A stretch of 64,000 bases of DNA from Pseudomonadota bacterium (GTDB taxonomy: Bacteria > Pseudomonadota > Gammaproteobacteria > QQUJ01): contig QQUJ01000018.1 in the NCBI GenBank assembly GCA_008501635.1, positions 248,680 to 312,679 on the forward strand, given 5' to 3'. A program made the translations under genes and the position numbers. The stretch's first letter is position 1. Every line of letters starts with the position of its first letter. The notes beneath the pieces were generated by a model. That model was not told where the DNA came from, ran no database searches, and was given only the letters and a program-made list of their open reading frames with translations. Shown one piece after another: positions 53,149 to 63,491 of this stretch.

Positions 53149-53472
53149 ATGATACGAAAACAGGGCAGTCTCAACAAACGCGCATTGAGTGTGAAACGCG
53201 TCGCAGTCGCTGCCCTATGGTTGAGCGTAATGTTCGGCTGCGCGAGTGCACCCGTCCAGGAGATGAGCGATGCGCGCCAATCTATCGCGGCGGCGCGGGA
53301 CGCAGGTGCAGCTCAATTGGCTCCGAAGAGTTTGAGTGAGGCAGAGCGGTATTTGGAGCAGGCCAAACAGCTTCTGGATAAAGGGTTGTTCGACCAGGCT
53401 CGGCAGAGCGCACGCACCGCCAGGGAGTTAGCGCTCGAGGCGAGACGCAAAGTGTTGGAGTCCGACCGCTAA
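53149..53472 (+). CDS. DUF4398-like lipoprotein
   Basis: Lipobox (LWLSVMFGC-AS) and a helical SLSEAERYLEQAKQLL motif. Taken from the internal ATG, it is 107 aa. Confidence 0.55.
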   Translation: MIRKQGSLNKRALSVKRVAVAALWLSVMFGCASAPVQEMSDARQSIAAARDAGAAQLAPKSLSEAERYLEQAKQLLDKGLFDQARQSARTARELALEARRKVLESDR

Positions 53473-53721
53473 ACTGCTGGGATTGCCGACCGATATATCA
53501 AGTTGAAATTTGGTATATCAGGTGTGCTCTGGATCCTTGACTCATTGCAGGGGCGGTGCTACGGTCTGGCGAGGAAAACCGGACCAAACATCGGTTTACG
53601 GCGTATTTCGAGAATCAAGGACAAGAAATGCAGGGCACGGCGACTCGGAAATTTGCCAATGTTTGAGTACTTTTACATTCAACTCAGAATCTAACAATCT
53701 CTAAATTCGGAGCGATTCATC

Positions 53722-54486
53722 ATGAAGATTTTCGCGGCAACAAAGTATCTTGGGCTGGGTATCCTGGTCCTTGCCATGGGGGTGGGTTGTGCTACGGCGC
53801 CGGAAGAGGCGCCACCGCCGGCTGATACTTCCAGCCAGATGGCGGATCTGAAGGCCGCTGCAGCCCAGGCGATTGCCGATGCGCGTGCCGCCGTTAACAA
53901 GGCTCGTTCGGTTGACGGCCTGTGGCCCAGCACAGAAGACGTCTTGAATCAGGCGGTCGTCGCCTACGACGCTGGCGAGTTCGAGCGTGCTGTTCAATTG
54001 GCAAACCGGGCCAGGAGCGAAGCTGAGCAGGGCTACAATCAAGCATTGCTCGAGCGCGCTAAGGCACTGCTCCAGGAAGCGAAGCAGTATGAGAGCATGA
54101 TGAACGCCGATCAACTCAACACGCTACGCGAAGCCGAAGCGGCTATTGCCCGTTTTGAAGGTGAGCGTGCCTATGCGCTACTGAGTGGTCTTTTAGCCGA
54201 GTTGCGTTCGGCGATGATGAACTACACCGTCGAGCGTGGTGACAGCCTGTGGAAGATCTCCGGTAAGGATGAGGTTTACGGAAATCCGTACCAGTGGCCG
54301 ATTATTTACAAAAAGAACCAGGACCAGATCAAGGATGCAGATCTGATCTATCCCGGCCAGGAGTTTGCCATCGATAAAGTACCATCGCAGAGTGAAGTGG
54401 ACGCGGCGGTCAATCATGCCAAGACCCGCGGGGCCTGGTCCATCGGTGAGGTCGAAGAGTCAGACAGAGCCTATTTGGCCCGCTAA
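53722..54486 (+). CDS. lipoprotein with an N-terminal DUF4398-like helical region and a C-terminal LysM peptidoglycan-binding domain
   Basis: Lipobox (LVLAMGVGC-AT) and LysM (YTVERGDSLWKISGK...IYPGQEFAI). A GGAG Shine-Dalgarno precedes the ATG. Confidence 0.7.
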   Translation: MKIFAATKYLGLGILVLAMGVGCATAPEEAPPPADTSSQMADLKAAAAQAIADARAAVNKARSVDGLWPSTEDVLNQAVVAYDAGEFERAVQLANRARSEAEQGYNQALLERAKALLQEAKQYESMMNADQLNTLREAEAAIARFEGERAYALLSGLLAELRSAMMNYTVERGDSLWKISGKDEVYGNPYQWPIIYKKNQDQIKDADLIYPGQEFAIDKVPSQSEVDAAVNHAKTRGAWSIGEVEESDRAYLAR

Positions 54487-54512
54487 TTCGGCGATTCTAA
54501 AGTCAGTTGATT

Positions 54513-54543
54513 GAAAAGGGGTCCGAAAGGGCCCCTTTTTTTA
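54513..54543. terminator. bidirectional rho-independent terminator (A4-GGGGTCC-gaaa-GGGCCCC-T8)
   Basis: A 7-bp stem (one G-U pair) flanked by an A-run and a T-run. It lies between the convergent LysM and PilZ genes. Confidence 0.8.
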
Positions 54544-54586
54544 TCTGCGTGGTAGCAAATATTGAAGCCCTCTATGGGGGAGAGGC

Positions 54587-56209
54587 TTATCCCTTGATGC
54601 GTTCGAAATAAAAGCGATCCAGTGAGCTGGTGGCCTCGATAAGTTTGCTGGCGCGGATACGGATCTGCCCATCGCCGGATTTGATAACCGATTCCTTTTG
54701 TGGCTGATAGATCCCATGCGGGGTTACCAGTTGCGGCGGCAGAGGGCGGTCTGCCTGGCGGATCTCGATTTCCAGTGCGGCAATTGAGCGAACCGTATCG
54801 CCGCTGGTGTCGCGAACGATAACCGGTTTCGCATGATCGGAGAGATACTGCACCCCCACATTGATCTCGTCTTCCTGCTCCTGGCTCAGCCATCGAATTA
54901 CGCCAAGCAGCCAATTTTCCTGGCTGCTTGCTGGATTACGAAAAATGATCAGCTGTCCGACGCGCATCGCCGGGTTGCATGGTAGGCGCACGCTCAGAGC
55001 AACACCGCCGGTACTGTGATTGATCAGTCGCCACCGCTCCTGTTGTACGCGTATCCCGGTTGGGCGACGCATGGCGCCTGAGGTGCTTATTTCGATGGAG
55101 TCGTCTTTGTGCAGATGTGATTCGGCCGCCAGTTCCGCATCTTCTTTCAGCACTTCATGGGCCGAGTTTAGCCCGCACACGCCCTCGACCCATGAGAGGC
55201 GTTCGCGCCTTTCATGTTGGCGGGTCGGGCAGTGCCACCAGCTGAGCATCAGGTAACGCAGTACACGCACAATCTCCTGAGTCGGCAACTCCAGGTGGAT
55301 ACCCGCCTCTGCTGCGCGATTGCCTACCTCAAGTTCACGGATCTGATCATCAATCCACTGCGCGAGATCGTGAGTATCCAGAATCCGGTGGCGATCGGAA
55401 TCAATCTCCACGGCCTCACTATTGAGGGGTTGGGGCGCGCTGGTGCCTTCGAGATCGATTAAGAACTGGCCGTTCTTGCGCGGCCCCTTTGCGGGACGTG
55501 TTATTTTTCCGAGTTCGGCCCAACGGTCGAGAAAGTCATAGACCTTCCAGGCTTCACCATTGCCAAGGTGGTAGGGGTCACTCCGCGCTGTAAGGGCTAT
55601 CTGTTTATAGATGTGTGTGATGCTGGAGGAGGGCAGGCTGCTGTTTTCGTCGTCTATATAGGCGTTGTCGGCTAGCCCGTGCTCTAATGCCAATGCATAC
55701 AATTGATTAAGTTCGCCCCAAACATGACTTGAGGCGGGTGCATACGAGTGAAAACTGAATAACTGCTCCAAACCGAGAAACTTGATTGCGCGCAGGATGC
55801 TGGCTTGGAGGATACGGTCGGCGGATCTGATACCGCCTTCGGCCATCCTGTCGGTAACCACTATCTTGAAGGCAAAGGAGAGTTCCCGTGCTAACCGGCT
55901 CAGCGCCGCCAATGATTCATTGGCCTTGCGGCTCTGACGTACAGCGATTCCGGCACGTAGGAGTCGTGATTGAAGTTGGATCAGTTTGCGAAAGGTCTGG
56001 CGATAAAGTTCGACCAGCGGAAGACGTACCTGGGGTGTCAGGCGTTGGCGATTGAGGGCGGCAAGCTCTTCGCTGACTATACCGCAGGTTTTGATCGGAT
56101 CGGTGTACGGCAGCTGTTCTAGAAAGCGGCGCAGTTCTGTGGGCCTGGTCTCAATGCGCGGGTCGGGCAGATCGTTGCGCGTCGGTATCGTTAACTTTAT
56201 TTGCGTCAT
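54587..56209 (-). CDS. large (~540 aa) PilZ-domain protein (putative c-di-GMP receptor) with an uncharacterised ~430-aa N-terminal region
   Basis: A C-terminal PilZ-like signature (MRRPTGIR ... LINHSTGGVALSV, i.e. the D/NxSxxG motif). The start was set at MTQIKLTIPT (ATG 56207-56209). Confidence 0.5.
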   Translation of the reverse strand: MTQIKLTIPTRNDLPDPRIETRPTELRRFLEQLPYTDPIKTCGIVSEELAALNRQRLTPQVRLPLVELYRQTFRKLIQLQSRLLRAGIAVRQSRKANESLAALSRLARELSFAFKIVVTDRMAEGGIRSADRILQASILRAIKFLGLEQLFSFHSYAPASSHVWGELNQLYALALEHGLADNAYIDDENSSLPSSSITHIYKQIALTARSDPYHLGNGEAWKVYDFLDRWAELGKITRPAKGPRKNGQFLIDLEGTSAPQPLNSEAVEIDSDRHRILDTHDLAQWIDDQIRELEVGNRAAEAGIHLELPTQEIVRVLRYLMLSWWHCPTRQHERRERLSWVEGVCGLNSAHEVLKEDAELAAESHLHKDDSIEISTSGAMRRPTGIRVQQERWRLINHSTGGVALSVRLPCNPAMRVGQLIIFRNPASSQENWLLGVIRWLSQEQEDEINVGVQYLSDHAKPVIVRDTSGDTVRSIAALEIEIRQADRPLPPQLVTPHGIYQPQKESVIKSGDGQIRIRASKLIEATSSLDRFYFERIKG

Positions 56210-56430
56210 GCTAAGACTATAGGCCCAATGGCAACTGTGACTGCGGGGGATGGTACTGGATTTAGAGTGGATTCCGCCGCATTTTCCCTCACATGGGGCT
56301 ACTTTAGCCAGCTTCCAATGCCTGCGCCATACCTCGGTGGCGATGGAGGCTGGGAGCCTGGACACTGCAGGTCGAAGTTGAGGATACTCATGAGCGGGAT
56401 TTCTGCCTAGACATTAGGGTGTAGAAAACC

Positions 56431-56718
56431 ATGGCCACATCTGAATCGATTTGCCGGCGCTACTTCGTTGGCGGCAAGGTACAGGGTGTCTGGTTTCGTT
56501 CTGCGACGCGCGAGATCGCTTTGGAATTGGGGCTTTCCGGCTACGCCCGTAATCTCGCAGATGGTCGCGTTGAAGTGCTCGCATGTGGCGCACGGGAAGC
56601 GCTGCAGGAGTTGGAAGTTTGGCTATGGCGGGGGTCGCCTGCAGCAGTGGTAGCGGAAGTCACGCCCGAAACGGCAGATGGCGCGGAAGTAATCCCCGGG
56701 CGTTTCGCGGTCCTGTAG
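56431..56718 (+). CDS. acyP: acylphosphatase
   Basis: 95 aa with the [35 protein letters not shown] signature (VxGxVQGVxFR). Confidence 0.85.
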   Translation: MATSESICRRYFVGGKVQGVWFRSATREIALELGLSGYARNLADGRVEVLACGAREALQELEVWLWRGSPAAVVAEVTPETADGAEVIPGRFAVL

Positions 56719-56731
56719 AGGAGGAAACAGT

Positions 56732-58525
56732 TTGGCGGTGCATGGAAAAAAGGCGTTAGAAACGCCGGATCGTAAGCTGAAGCTTGGCGAGATCGTCGAG
56801 ACCCTGGTAAAGGAGGGTCTGGTCGCCGATGCTCAGGCACAGCAACTGTATGCCAGGACAACCAACAGCCATTTGAACCTTCACCCCCTGGTGGTTATTG
56901 CCGATCAGGGCTGGACGCTACTTGGTCATCCGGGACGCAAACTGTCTTTGGAATATCTGACGGAGTGGCTTGCGCAGCATAGCCACCTGCCCTACTACCG
57001 TATCGATCCACTGAAAATCGACGTTGCCAAGGTCACGGCGGTGATGTCGCATGCCTATGCTGCGCGGTTTCGAATTCTGCCGGTGGAGGTGGAGCGCGAG
57101 GCGGTCGTGATTGCCACCGCCGAACCCCTGGTTCGTGAGTGGGTGAAAGAGCTTACCCATGTCCTGCGCTGCAAGGTACGTCGGGTGGTAGCGAATCCCG
57201 CTGAGATCACACGCTATCTCGATGAGTTTTACGGGCTAAGCCGCTCGATCAAAGAGGCCGTGTCCGAGAAGGGCGCGGAGAGCCCGGTCGGTATCACCAA
57301 TCTGGAGCAATTGGTGGAGTTGGGGCGCAGCGGCAAGCTTGATGCCAATGACCATCACATCGTCAGTATCGTGGATTGGCTGTTGCAGTACGCATTCGAG
57401 CAGCGAGCCAGCGATATTCATGTGGAGCCACGCCGCGATGCCGGCAACATTCGTTTCCGTATCGATGGTGTCCTCCATTTGGTTTACGAGATGCCGGTCC
57501 CGGTGATGGCGGCGGTCACCAGTCGCATCAAAACGCTGGGTCGTATGGATGTGGTGGAACGGCGGCGCCCCCAGGATGGACGGGTTAAAACCCGCACGCC
57601 CAAAGGCAACGAGGTGGAACTGCGGCTTTCCACTATGCCGACCGCATTCGGTGAAAAACTCGTGATGCGGATATTTAATCCCGATGTTTTGGTGCGCGAC
57701 TTCCGGCAACTCGGTTTTACCGAGAGCGCGGTCGCCACCTGGAATGCGATGACCCGTCATAGCCACGGAATCGTCTTGGTTACCGGCCCTACCGGTTCGG
57801 GTAAGACGACTACGCTCTATTCCACACTGAAGCAGCTGGCCAAACCCGAGGTCAACGTCTGCACGGTGGAAGATCCCATTGAGATGGTAGAACCCAGCTT
57901 CAATCAGATGCAGGTCCAGCACAATATCGGTCTCGATTTTGCCAGCGGGGTGCGTACCCTGCTGCGCCAGGATCCCGACGTGATCATGGTGGGCGAAATA
58001 CGTGATCTGGAAACAGCGCGCATGGCCACGCAAGCCGCACTCACGGGGCACTTGGTGCTCTCGACGCTCCACACCAATGATTCGATTTCTGCGATAACGC
58101 GATTAATGGAGATCGGTGTACCGGCCTACCTGATTCGCGCGACGTTGCTCGGGGTAATGGCCCAGCGCCTCATCCGTACCCTCTGCCCGCACTGCAAGCA
58201 GGCGGGTGAGTTGGATGCAGCAGCCTGGAAGGCACTGACCGCAGGCAGCATGCAGTCACATCCGACCTCCATCATGCAACCGGTCGGATGCGATGAGTGC
58301 CGCCATACAGGCTATCTGGGGCGACACGGCATCTACGAGATGCTGCCCATATCATCGAAGCTCAAAGGCATGATTCAGAACGATTTCAGTCTGCGAACCG
58401 TCAAGCAGCAGGCGTTGACGGAGGGTCTGCGGGAGTTACGGATCGCCGGTGCGCTGAAGGTCGCCGAAGGGCTGACGACGCTTGAGGAGGTATTCAAGGT
58501 TGCGGCCCCCGCGGAGAACGACTGA
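56732..58525 (+). CDS. orphan GspE/PilB/MshE-family secretion ATPase with a T2SSE_N-type N-terminal domain
   Basis: Walker A (GPTGSGKTTT), Asp and His boxes, a tetracysteine Zn motif (CPHCK...CDECRHTG), and an N-terminal KLGEIVETLVKEGLVADAQAQQL T2SSE_N-like segment. It uses a TTG start 7 nt after GAGGAGG. No other T2SS or T4P genes are nearby. Confidence 0.8.
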   Translation: MAVHGKKALETPDRKLKLGEIVETLVKEGLVADAQAQQLYARTTNSHLNLHPLVVIADQGWTLLGHPGRKLSLEYLTEWLAQHSHLPYYRIDPLKIDVAKVTAVMSHAYAARFRILPVEVEREAVVIATAEPLVREWVKELTHVLRCKVRRVVANPAEITRYLDEFYGLSRSIKEAVSEKGAESPVGITNLEQLVELGRSGKLDANDHHIVSIVDWLLQYAFEQRASDIHVEPRRDAGNIRFRIDGVLHLVYEMPVPVMAAVTSRIKTLGRMDVVERRRPQDGRVKTRTPKGNEVELRLSTMPTAFGEKLVMRIFNPDVLVRDFRQLGFTESAVATWNAMTRHSHGIVLVTGPTGSGKTTTLYSTLKQLAKPEVNVCTVEDPIEMVEPSFNQMQVQHNIGLDFASGVRTLLRQDPDVIMVGEIRDLETARMATQAALTGHLVLSTLHTNDSISAITRLMEIGVPAYLIRATLLGVMAQRLIRTLCPHCKQAGELDAAAWKALTAGSMQSHPTSIMQPVGCDECRHTGYLGRHGIYEMLPISSKLKGMIQNDFSLRTVKQQALTEGLRELRIAGALKVAEGLTTLEEVFKVAAPAEND

Positions 58526-58606
58526 GGCTGCAGGTTGACCTGATTGCGCCCCGCGAAGGTGGTCATCCAGCATTGTCTGGTCGCGACGCAACACTGGCGA
58601 TTCCTG

Positions 58607-60325
58607 TCATGCGTTCAATCGCTCGCGAATGAAGTCGATGATGCCGTCCAGTGCCACATCCGTGCTGGTATCGTCCTGGCGTCCCTTGTATTCGACAAGG
58701 CCATTATCCAATCCACGCTCACCCAGCACTACACGGTGGGGAATGCCAATCAACTCCATGTCGGCAAACATAAACCCGGGGCGCACTTTGCGATCGTCGA
58801 AGAGGACTTCGAATCCGGCCTCCTGTAGACGTTGATAGAGGGCGTCGGTCGCCGCCATCAGGCGCCCGGATTTGTGCATGTTCATCGGCAGCAGCGCGAC
58901 CTGAAACGGTGCAATAGGCGCTGGCCAGCAGATTCCTTTGTCATCGTGATTTTGCTCAATGGCTGCGGCGACCACCCGGCTTACGCCAATACCGTAGCAA
59001 CCCATCAGGAGCGTCCTGTCACGTCCCTCTTCATCGAGCACTGTGGCCCCCAGCGCCGAGCTGTACTTGGTGCCCAGCTGAAAGATATGACCCACCTCGA
59101 TGCCGCGGGCGATGGAGAGCCGGCCTTTGCCGTCAGCGCTCGGATCTCCGGCCACCACGTTGCGCAGGTCCGCCACCTCGGGTAGCGGGACATCGCGTTC
59201 CCAGTTAATGCCGAAATGGTGTTTATCATCGATATTGGCACCCGCGCCGAAGTCGCTCATTACCGCCACCGCGCGGTCAACAATCAGCGGCAGAGGAAGG
59301 TTTACCGGGCCCAGGGAACCGGGTCCGGCGCCAATGGCTTCGCGTATCTCCTGCTCGTCAGCGAAACGCAGAGGGATCGCCACCTGGGATAGTTTCTCCG
59401 CTTTGATTGTGTTCAGCTCGTGATCGCCACGTACCATGAGCGCCACCAACGGTGGATCACTCTCTTCCGCAGCCGCGACGATCAGGGTTTTGACCGTCTT
59501 CTCGATCGGTATCCTGAATTGCTCCACGAGCTGCTGAATGGTTTTGGCGTTTGGCGTGTCGACCAGTTGCATGGTTTCCGAGGGTGCCGCTCGTTCCGCG
59601 TGGGGTGCGATAGCCTCGGCCAACTCGACATTCGCCGCGTAATCGCTGTTGTCGGAGAATGCGATGGCATCTTCGCCGGAATCCGCCAGTACCATGAATT
59701 CGTGGGAAACAGCGCCACCGATGGAACCAGAATCGGCGCTCACCGGCCGGTAGCTCAGGCCGCAACGGTTGAAGATGTTGGAGTAGGCCTGGTGCATCAC
59801 CCGATAGGTCGCCTCCAGCGAGGCTTGGTCGAGATGGAAGGAGTAGGCGTCCTTCATCAGGAATTCACGGGCGCGCATCACGCCGAAACGGGGTCGGATT
59901 TCGTCGCGAAACTTGGTCTGGATCTGGTAGTAGTTGAGAGGAAGTTGCTTGTAACTGCTGATTTCCCGCCGCACCAGATCGGTGATGACCTCTTCGTGCG
60001 TGGGGCCGAAGCAGAAGTCGCGATTATGACGATCGCGAATGCGTAAAAGCTCGGGCCCATATTGTTGCCAGCGGCCCGATTCTTCCCACAGCTCGGAGGG
60101 CTGCACAGCCGGCATGGAGAGCTCCAGTGCCCCTGCTTGGTCCATCTCTTCGCGGACGATGGTTTCTACCTTGCGCAGCACGCGCAACCCCAGGGGAAGC
60201 CAGGTGTAGATGCCAGCGGCGAGCTTGCGGATCATGCCGGCACGCAGCATCAGTTTGTGGCTGACGATCTCAGCGTCGGCGGGGGTTTCTTTAACGGTAT
60301 TGAGTGGGTACTGGGAGACTCGCAT
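58607..60325 (-). CDS. proS: prolyl-tRNA synthetase (bacterial type with an editing domain)
   Basis: Class II aaRS motifs and a full-length ProS alignment. The start is the ATG at 60323-60325 ([10 protein letters not shown]); the result is 572 aa. Confidence 0.9.
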   Translation of the reverse strand: MRVSQYPLNTVKETPADAEIVSHKLMLRAGMIRKLAAGIYTWLPLGLRVLRKVETIVREEMDQAGALELSMPAVQPSELWEESGRWQQYGPELLRIRDRHNRDFCFGPTHEEVITDLVRREISSYKQLPLNYYQIQTKFRDEIRPRFGVMRAREFLMKDAYSFHLDQASLEATYRVMHQAYSNIFNRCGLSYRPVSADSGSIGGAVSHEFMVLADSGEDAIAFSDNSDYAANVELAEAIAPHAERAAPSETMQLVDTPNAKTIQQLVEQFRIPIEKTVKTLIVAAAEESDPPLVALMVRGDHELNTIKAEKLSQVAIPLRFADEQEIREAIGAGPGSLGPVNLPLPLIVDRAVAVMSDFGAGANIDDKHHFGINWERDVPLPEVADLRNVVAGDPSADGKGRLSIARGIEVGHIFQLGTKYSSALGATVLDEEGRDRTLLMGCYGIGVSRVVAAAIEQNHDDKGICWPAPIAPFQVALLPMNMHKSGRLMAATDALYQRLQEAGFEVLFDDRKVRPGFMFADMELIGIPHRVVLGERGLDNGLVEYKGRQDDTSTDVALDGIIDFIRERLNA

Positions 60326-60499
60326 GAACGTTGCTCTTTCCTTGCGGTGCTGTCTGAATGAACAAAGTGAGGGATTGTAACGGCATGCCGTTAGCGGGGT
60401 CATCCGTGGCGAGTGGGCGAGGAACGAAAAGAGACCTTGGGCGACGCCGGCATTTGTGCCCGAGGGCGGAACAGGGCAGCGAAAATCGTGTGTTGCGGA

Positions 60500-60958
60500 T
60501 CAGTTGCAGTTCTTCTCGATCTGCGCGCGAGCCTCCTCCATCTTTTCATTGCGCTCCTCTTCGGTCATCACCGTAATATTGCCCTCGCTGTCACGGACTC
60601 GGCGGTTGGTGCGGATCTCAAGGTTGGCCAGGTTCTGTCGGGCCGCTTTGCATACGGTTTCTCGACGCTCCGTCTCAGCGTCGAGTCTGGTCTGTTCTTC
60701 AGTACTTTTCTTGCGCTGATCTTCAATGGTTTTGAGCCGATTCTGGATCGCCTCCGAACGCTGGCGACCCTGTTCGGTACCCCCGGTAGGCGCACTAAGC
60801 GTGCGAATACGGCTGCCGCGGTCTTTGTTGCTGGCCGGGGGCGGTGTCTCGGTGTAGTGCACGACCCCCTGGTCGTCGACCCAACGGTAAATCGCAGCCT
60901 GCGCCACAGTGGAAATGGCGATCCCGGCTGCCAGTAGTACCCCTATTGCCACACGCAT
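60500..60958 (-). CDS. DUF4124-domain secreted protein
   Basis: A signal peptide followed by IYRWVDDQGVVHYTETPP, the DUF4124 signature. Confidence 0.65.
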   Translation of the reverse strand: MRVAIGVLLAAGIAISTVAQAAIYRWVDDQGVVHYTETPPPASNKDRGSRIRTLSAPTGGTEQGRQRSEAIQNRLKTIEDQRKKSTEEQTRLDAETERRETVCKAARQNLANLEIRTNRRVRDSEGNITVMTEEERNEKMEEARAQIEKNCN

Positions 60959-61075
60959 AATGCCTCCCCCGCTGCGTCCTATCGGCTGTTGGCACTATAG
61001 CGGCATTGATGCTCGAGGGGGAAGGATCGTGATCGCAGAATGGCGTCAGCGGTTGATAAATAAAGGCTTTCAGCC

Positions 61076-61104
61076 TTGACGCGCTGCAGCGATGCCAATA
61101 TAAG
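61076..61104 (+). promoter_or_regulatory. near-consensus sigma70 promoter for ilvIH (TTGACG-N17-TATAAG)
   Basis: Read from the sequence. A 6-bp hairpin (AAGGCT-ttc-AGCCTT) lies immediately 5' of the -35. Confidence 0.45.
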
Positions 61105-61244
61105 TAACTCCTTTATCTCACAGATCGCGCGAGGCAGTGGGGCGTGGGGGTTGCCCCGGCTCGCCGGGCACATGAGCCGATCTGCGTCTCTTTTGCGGTG
61201 GTACCCGGCCACCGTCCGGAATCCCGGTAGAGGAGTTGACTCTC

Positions 61245-62945
61245 GTGGAACTGAGTGGTGCCGATATCTTCGTCCAGTGCCTGAAAGACGAAGGAGTGGA
61301 GCATATCTTTGGCTATCCTGGTGGAGCGGTGCTGCATCTGTACGATGCCTTGTACGCCCAGGAAGATGTCAAACACATTCTGGTGCGTCACGAGCAGGGC
61401 GCGGTGCACGCGGCCGACGGGTATGCCCGTTCGACCAACAGGGCCGGCGTCGCGTTGGTTACCTCTGGGCCGGGCGCGACCAATGCCGTGACGGGTATTG
61501 CCACGGCCTACATGGATTCGGTTCCCCTGGTCGTGTTTACCGGTCAGGTGCCGACGAGTTTGATCGGCAATGATGCCTTCCAGGAGGTGGATACGGTTGG
61601 CATCACACGCCCGTGCGTGAAGCACAATTTCCTGGTGAAGGACGTAAAGAATCTGGCGGAAACCATCAAAAAGGCGTTTTATATCGCCAGCACGGGCCGC
61701 CCTGGCCCGGTAGTGGTCGATATCCCCAAGGATGTGACCGACCCCAACATCAAAATCCCTTACCACTACCCTAAGAAGATTACGATGCGCTCCTACAACC
61801 CGGTGGTGAAGGGGCATTCGGGACAGATAAAAAAGGCGGTGGATTTGATGCTCGGTGCCAAGCGTCCGATATTCTACACGGGCGGCGGTGTGGTGTTGGG
61901 CAATGGCACCAAGGCGTTGACCGAATTGGCCCGGCTGCTGAGTTACCCCGTCACCAATACGCTGATGGGTCTTGGCGGCTACCCCGGCAACGATAAGCAG
62001 TTCCTGGGCATGCTGGGCATGCACGGTACCTACGAAGCGAATATGAGCATGCACCACTGCGATGTGCTGATCGCGGTGGGTGCACGATTTGACGACCGCG
62101 TGACCGGCAACGTCAAGAAATTCTGCCCCGAAGCAAAGATCATCCACGTCGACGTAGACCCATCGTCGATTTCCAAGAACGTAAAGGTGCAGGTGCCCAT
62201 CGTCGGTGAGGTGGAGAATGTGCTGCGCCAGATGATCAAGATGATCAAAGAGACCGAACGGCGCCCCGATCCCAAGGCGATCAAAAAGTGGTGGGAGCAG
62301 ATCGAGGAGTGGCGGTCAAAGGATTGTTTGAAGTTCGATCGTGGCAGCGACGCGATCAAGCCGCAGTTTGTGGTCGAGACACTCTATAAGGTAACCAAGG
62401 GAGATGCCTTCGTTTGCTCCGATGTCGGGCAGCACCAGATGTTCGCCGCACAGTTCTACAAGTTCAAGGAACCCAACCGCTGGATCAACTCCGGCGGTCT
62501 CGGCACCATGGGTTTCGGTTTGCCGGCGGCAATGGGTGTCCAGCTTGCACATCCCAAGGAAACCGTGGTCTGCATAACGGGCGAAGGCAGTATCCAGATG
62601 TGTATCCAGGAACTGTCGACCCTGCGCCAGTACAGTCTGCCGGTCAAAATCGTCAATCTGAATAACCGCTATCTTGGCATGGTGCGCCAGTGGCAAGAGT
62701 TCTTCTACCAGGGACGCTATGCCATGTCGTATATGGATGCCCTGCCGGATTTCGTGAAGCTGGCGGAAGCCTATGGGCATGCCGGCATTCTGGTTGAGAA
62801 ACCTGGCGATGTTGAACCGGCCTTGAAAGAGGCGATGAAGATAAAAGATCGGGCGGTATTTCTGGATTTCATCACCGACCAGAAAGAGAACGTCTACCCG
62901 ATGATTCCGGCGGGTGCAGGCCTTAACGAAATGATTCTGGTGTAG
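61245..62945 (+). CDS. ilvI: acetolactate synthase (acetohydroxyacid synthase) large subunit
   Basis: TPP enzyme; GYPGGAVL and GDG motifs, ~566 aa. A GTG start at 61245 (MELSGADIFVQ) was chosen over the TTG at 61236, which overlaps the Shine-Dalgarno. Confidence 0.9.
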   Translation: MELSGADIFVQCLKDEGVEHIFGYPGGAVLHLYDALYAQEDVKHILVRHEQGAVHAADGYARSTNRAGVALVTSGPGATNAVTGIATAYMDSVPLVVFTGQVPTSLIGNDAFQEVDTVGITRPCVKHNFLVKDVKNLAETIKKAFYIASTGRPGPVVVDIPKDVTDPNIKIPYHYPKKITMRSYNPVVKGHSGQIKKAVDLMLGAKRPIFYTGGGVVLGNGTKALTELARLLSYPVTNTLMGLGGYPGNDKQFLGMLGMHGTYEANMSMHHCDVLIAVGARFDDRVTGNVKKFCPEAKIIHVDVDPSSISKNVKVQVPIVGEVENVLRQMIKMIKETERRPDPKAIKKWWEQIEEWRSKDCLKFDRGSDAIKPQFVVETLYKVTKGDAFVCSDVGQHQMFAAQFYKFKEPNRWINSGGLGTMGFGLPAAMGVQLAHPKETVVCITGEGSIQMCIQELSTLRQYSLPVKIVNLNNRYLGMVRQWQEFFYQGRYAMSYMDALPDFVKLAEAYGHAGILVEKPGDVEPALKEAMKIKDRAVFLDFITDQKENVYPMIPAGAGLNEMILV

Positions 62946-62948
62946 ATC

Positions 62949-63440
62949 ATGCGGCATATCATCTCGATACTTCTGGAAAACGAATCTGGTGCCCTGTCCC
63001 GCGTCGCGGGCCTGTTCTCGGCACGGGGATACAATATCGAATCGTTGTCGGTGGCGCCCACCGAGGATGCCTCGCTATCGCGCATGACCCTGGTTACGCG
63101 TGGCGACGATGCGATCATCGAGCAGATCACCAAGCAGTTGAACAAGCTGATCGACGTGGTCAAGCTCACCGACCTCACCGAAGGTGTGCATATGGAACGC
63201 GAAATGATGCTGGTGAAGCTGCATGCCGACGGCGAGATGCGTGATGAACTCAAGCGGCGTTCCGATATTTTTCGCGGACGCATCATCGATGTAACGGACA
63301 CCACGTACACTGTTGAACTTACCGGCGCCGGAGATAAATTGGATGCCTTTCTCAACGGTCTTCAGGAAGAGTTGATCCTGGAAGTGGTCCGCTCCGGCGT
63401 GATGGGAATCGCGCGGGGTGAGAAGAGCCTGCATGCCTAG
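62949..63440 (+). CDS. ilvH: acetolactate synthase small (regulatory) subunit
   Basis: ACT domain (HIISILLENESGALSRVAGLFSARGYNIESL), 163 aa. Confidence 0.9.
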   Translation: MRHIISILLENESGALSRVAGLFSARGYNIESLSVAPTEDASLSRMTLVTRGDDAIIEQITKQLNKLIDVVKLTDLTEGVHMEREMMLVKLHADGEMRDELKRRSDIFRGRIIDVTDTTYTVELTGAGDKLDAFLNGLQEELILEVVRSGVMGIARGEKSLHA

Positions 63441-63491
63441 TGGCGTAGCGGCGCTGATTTCAGTTCACAGCCAAACCGAGGAAAGCAACCA

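Noticed and set aside
61113-62957. 344-aa and 213-aa minus-strand ORFs
   Set aside because: They are antisense to ilvI.
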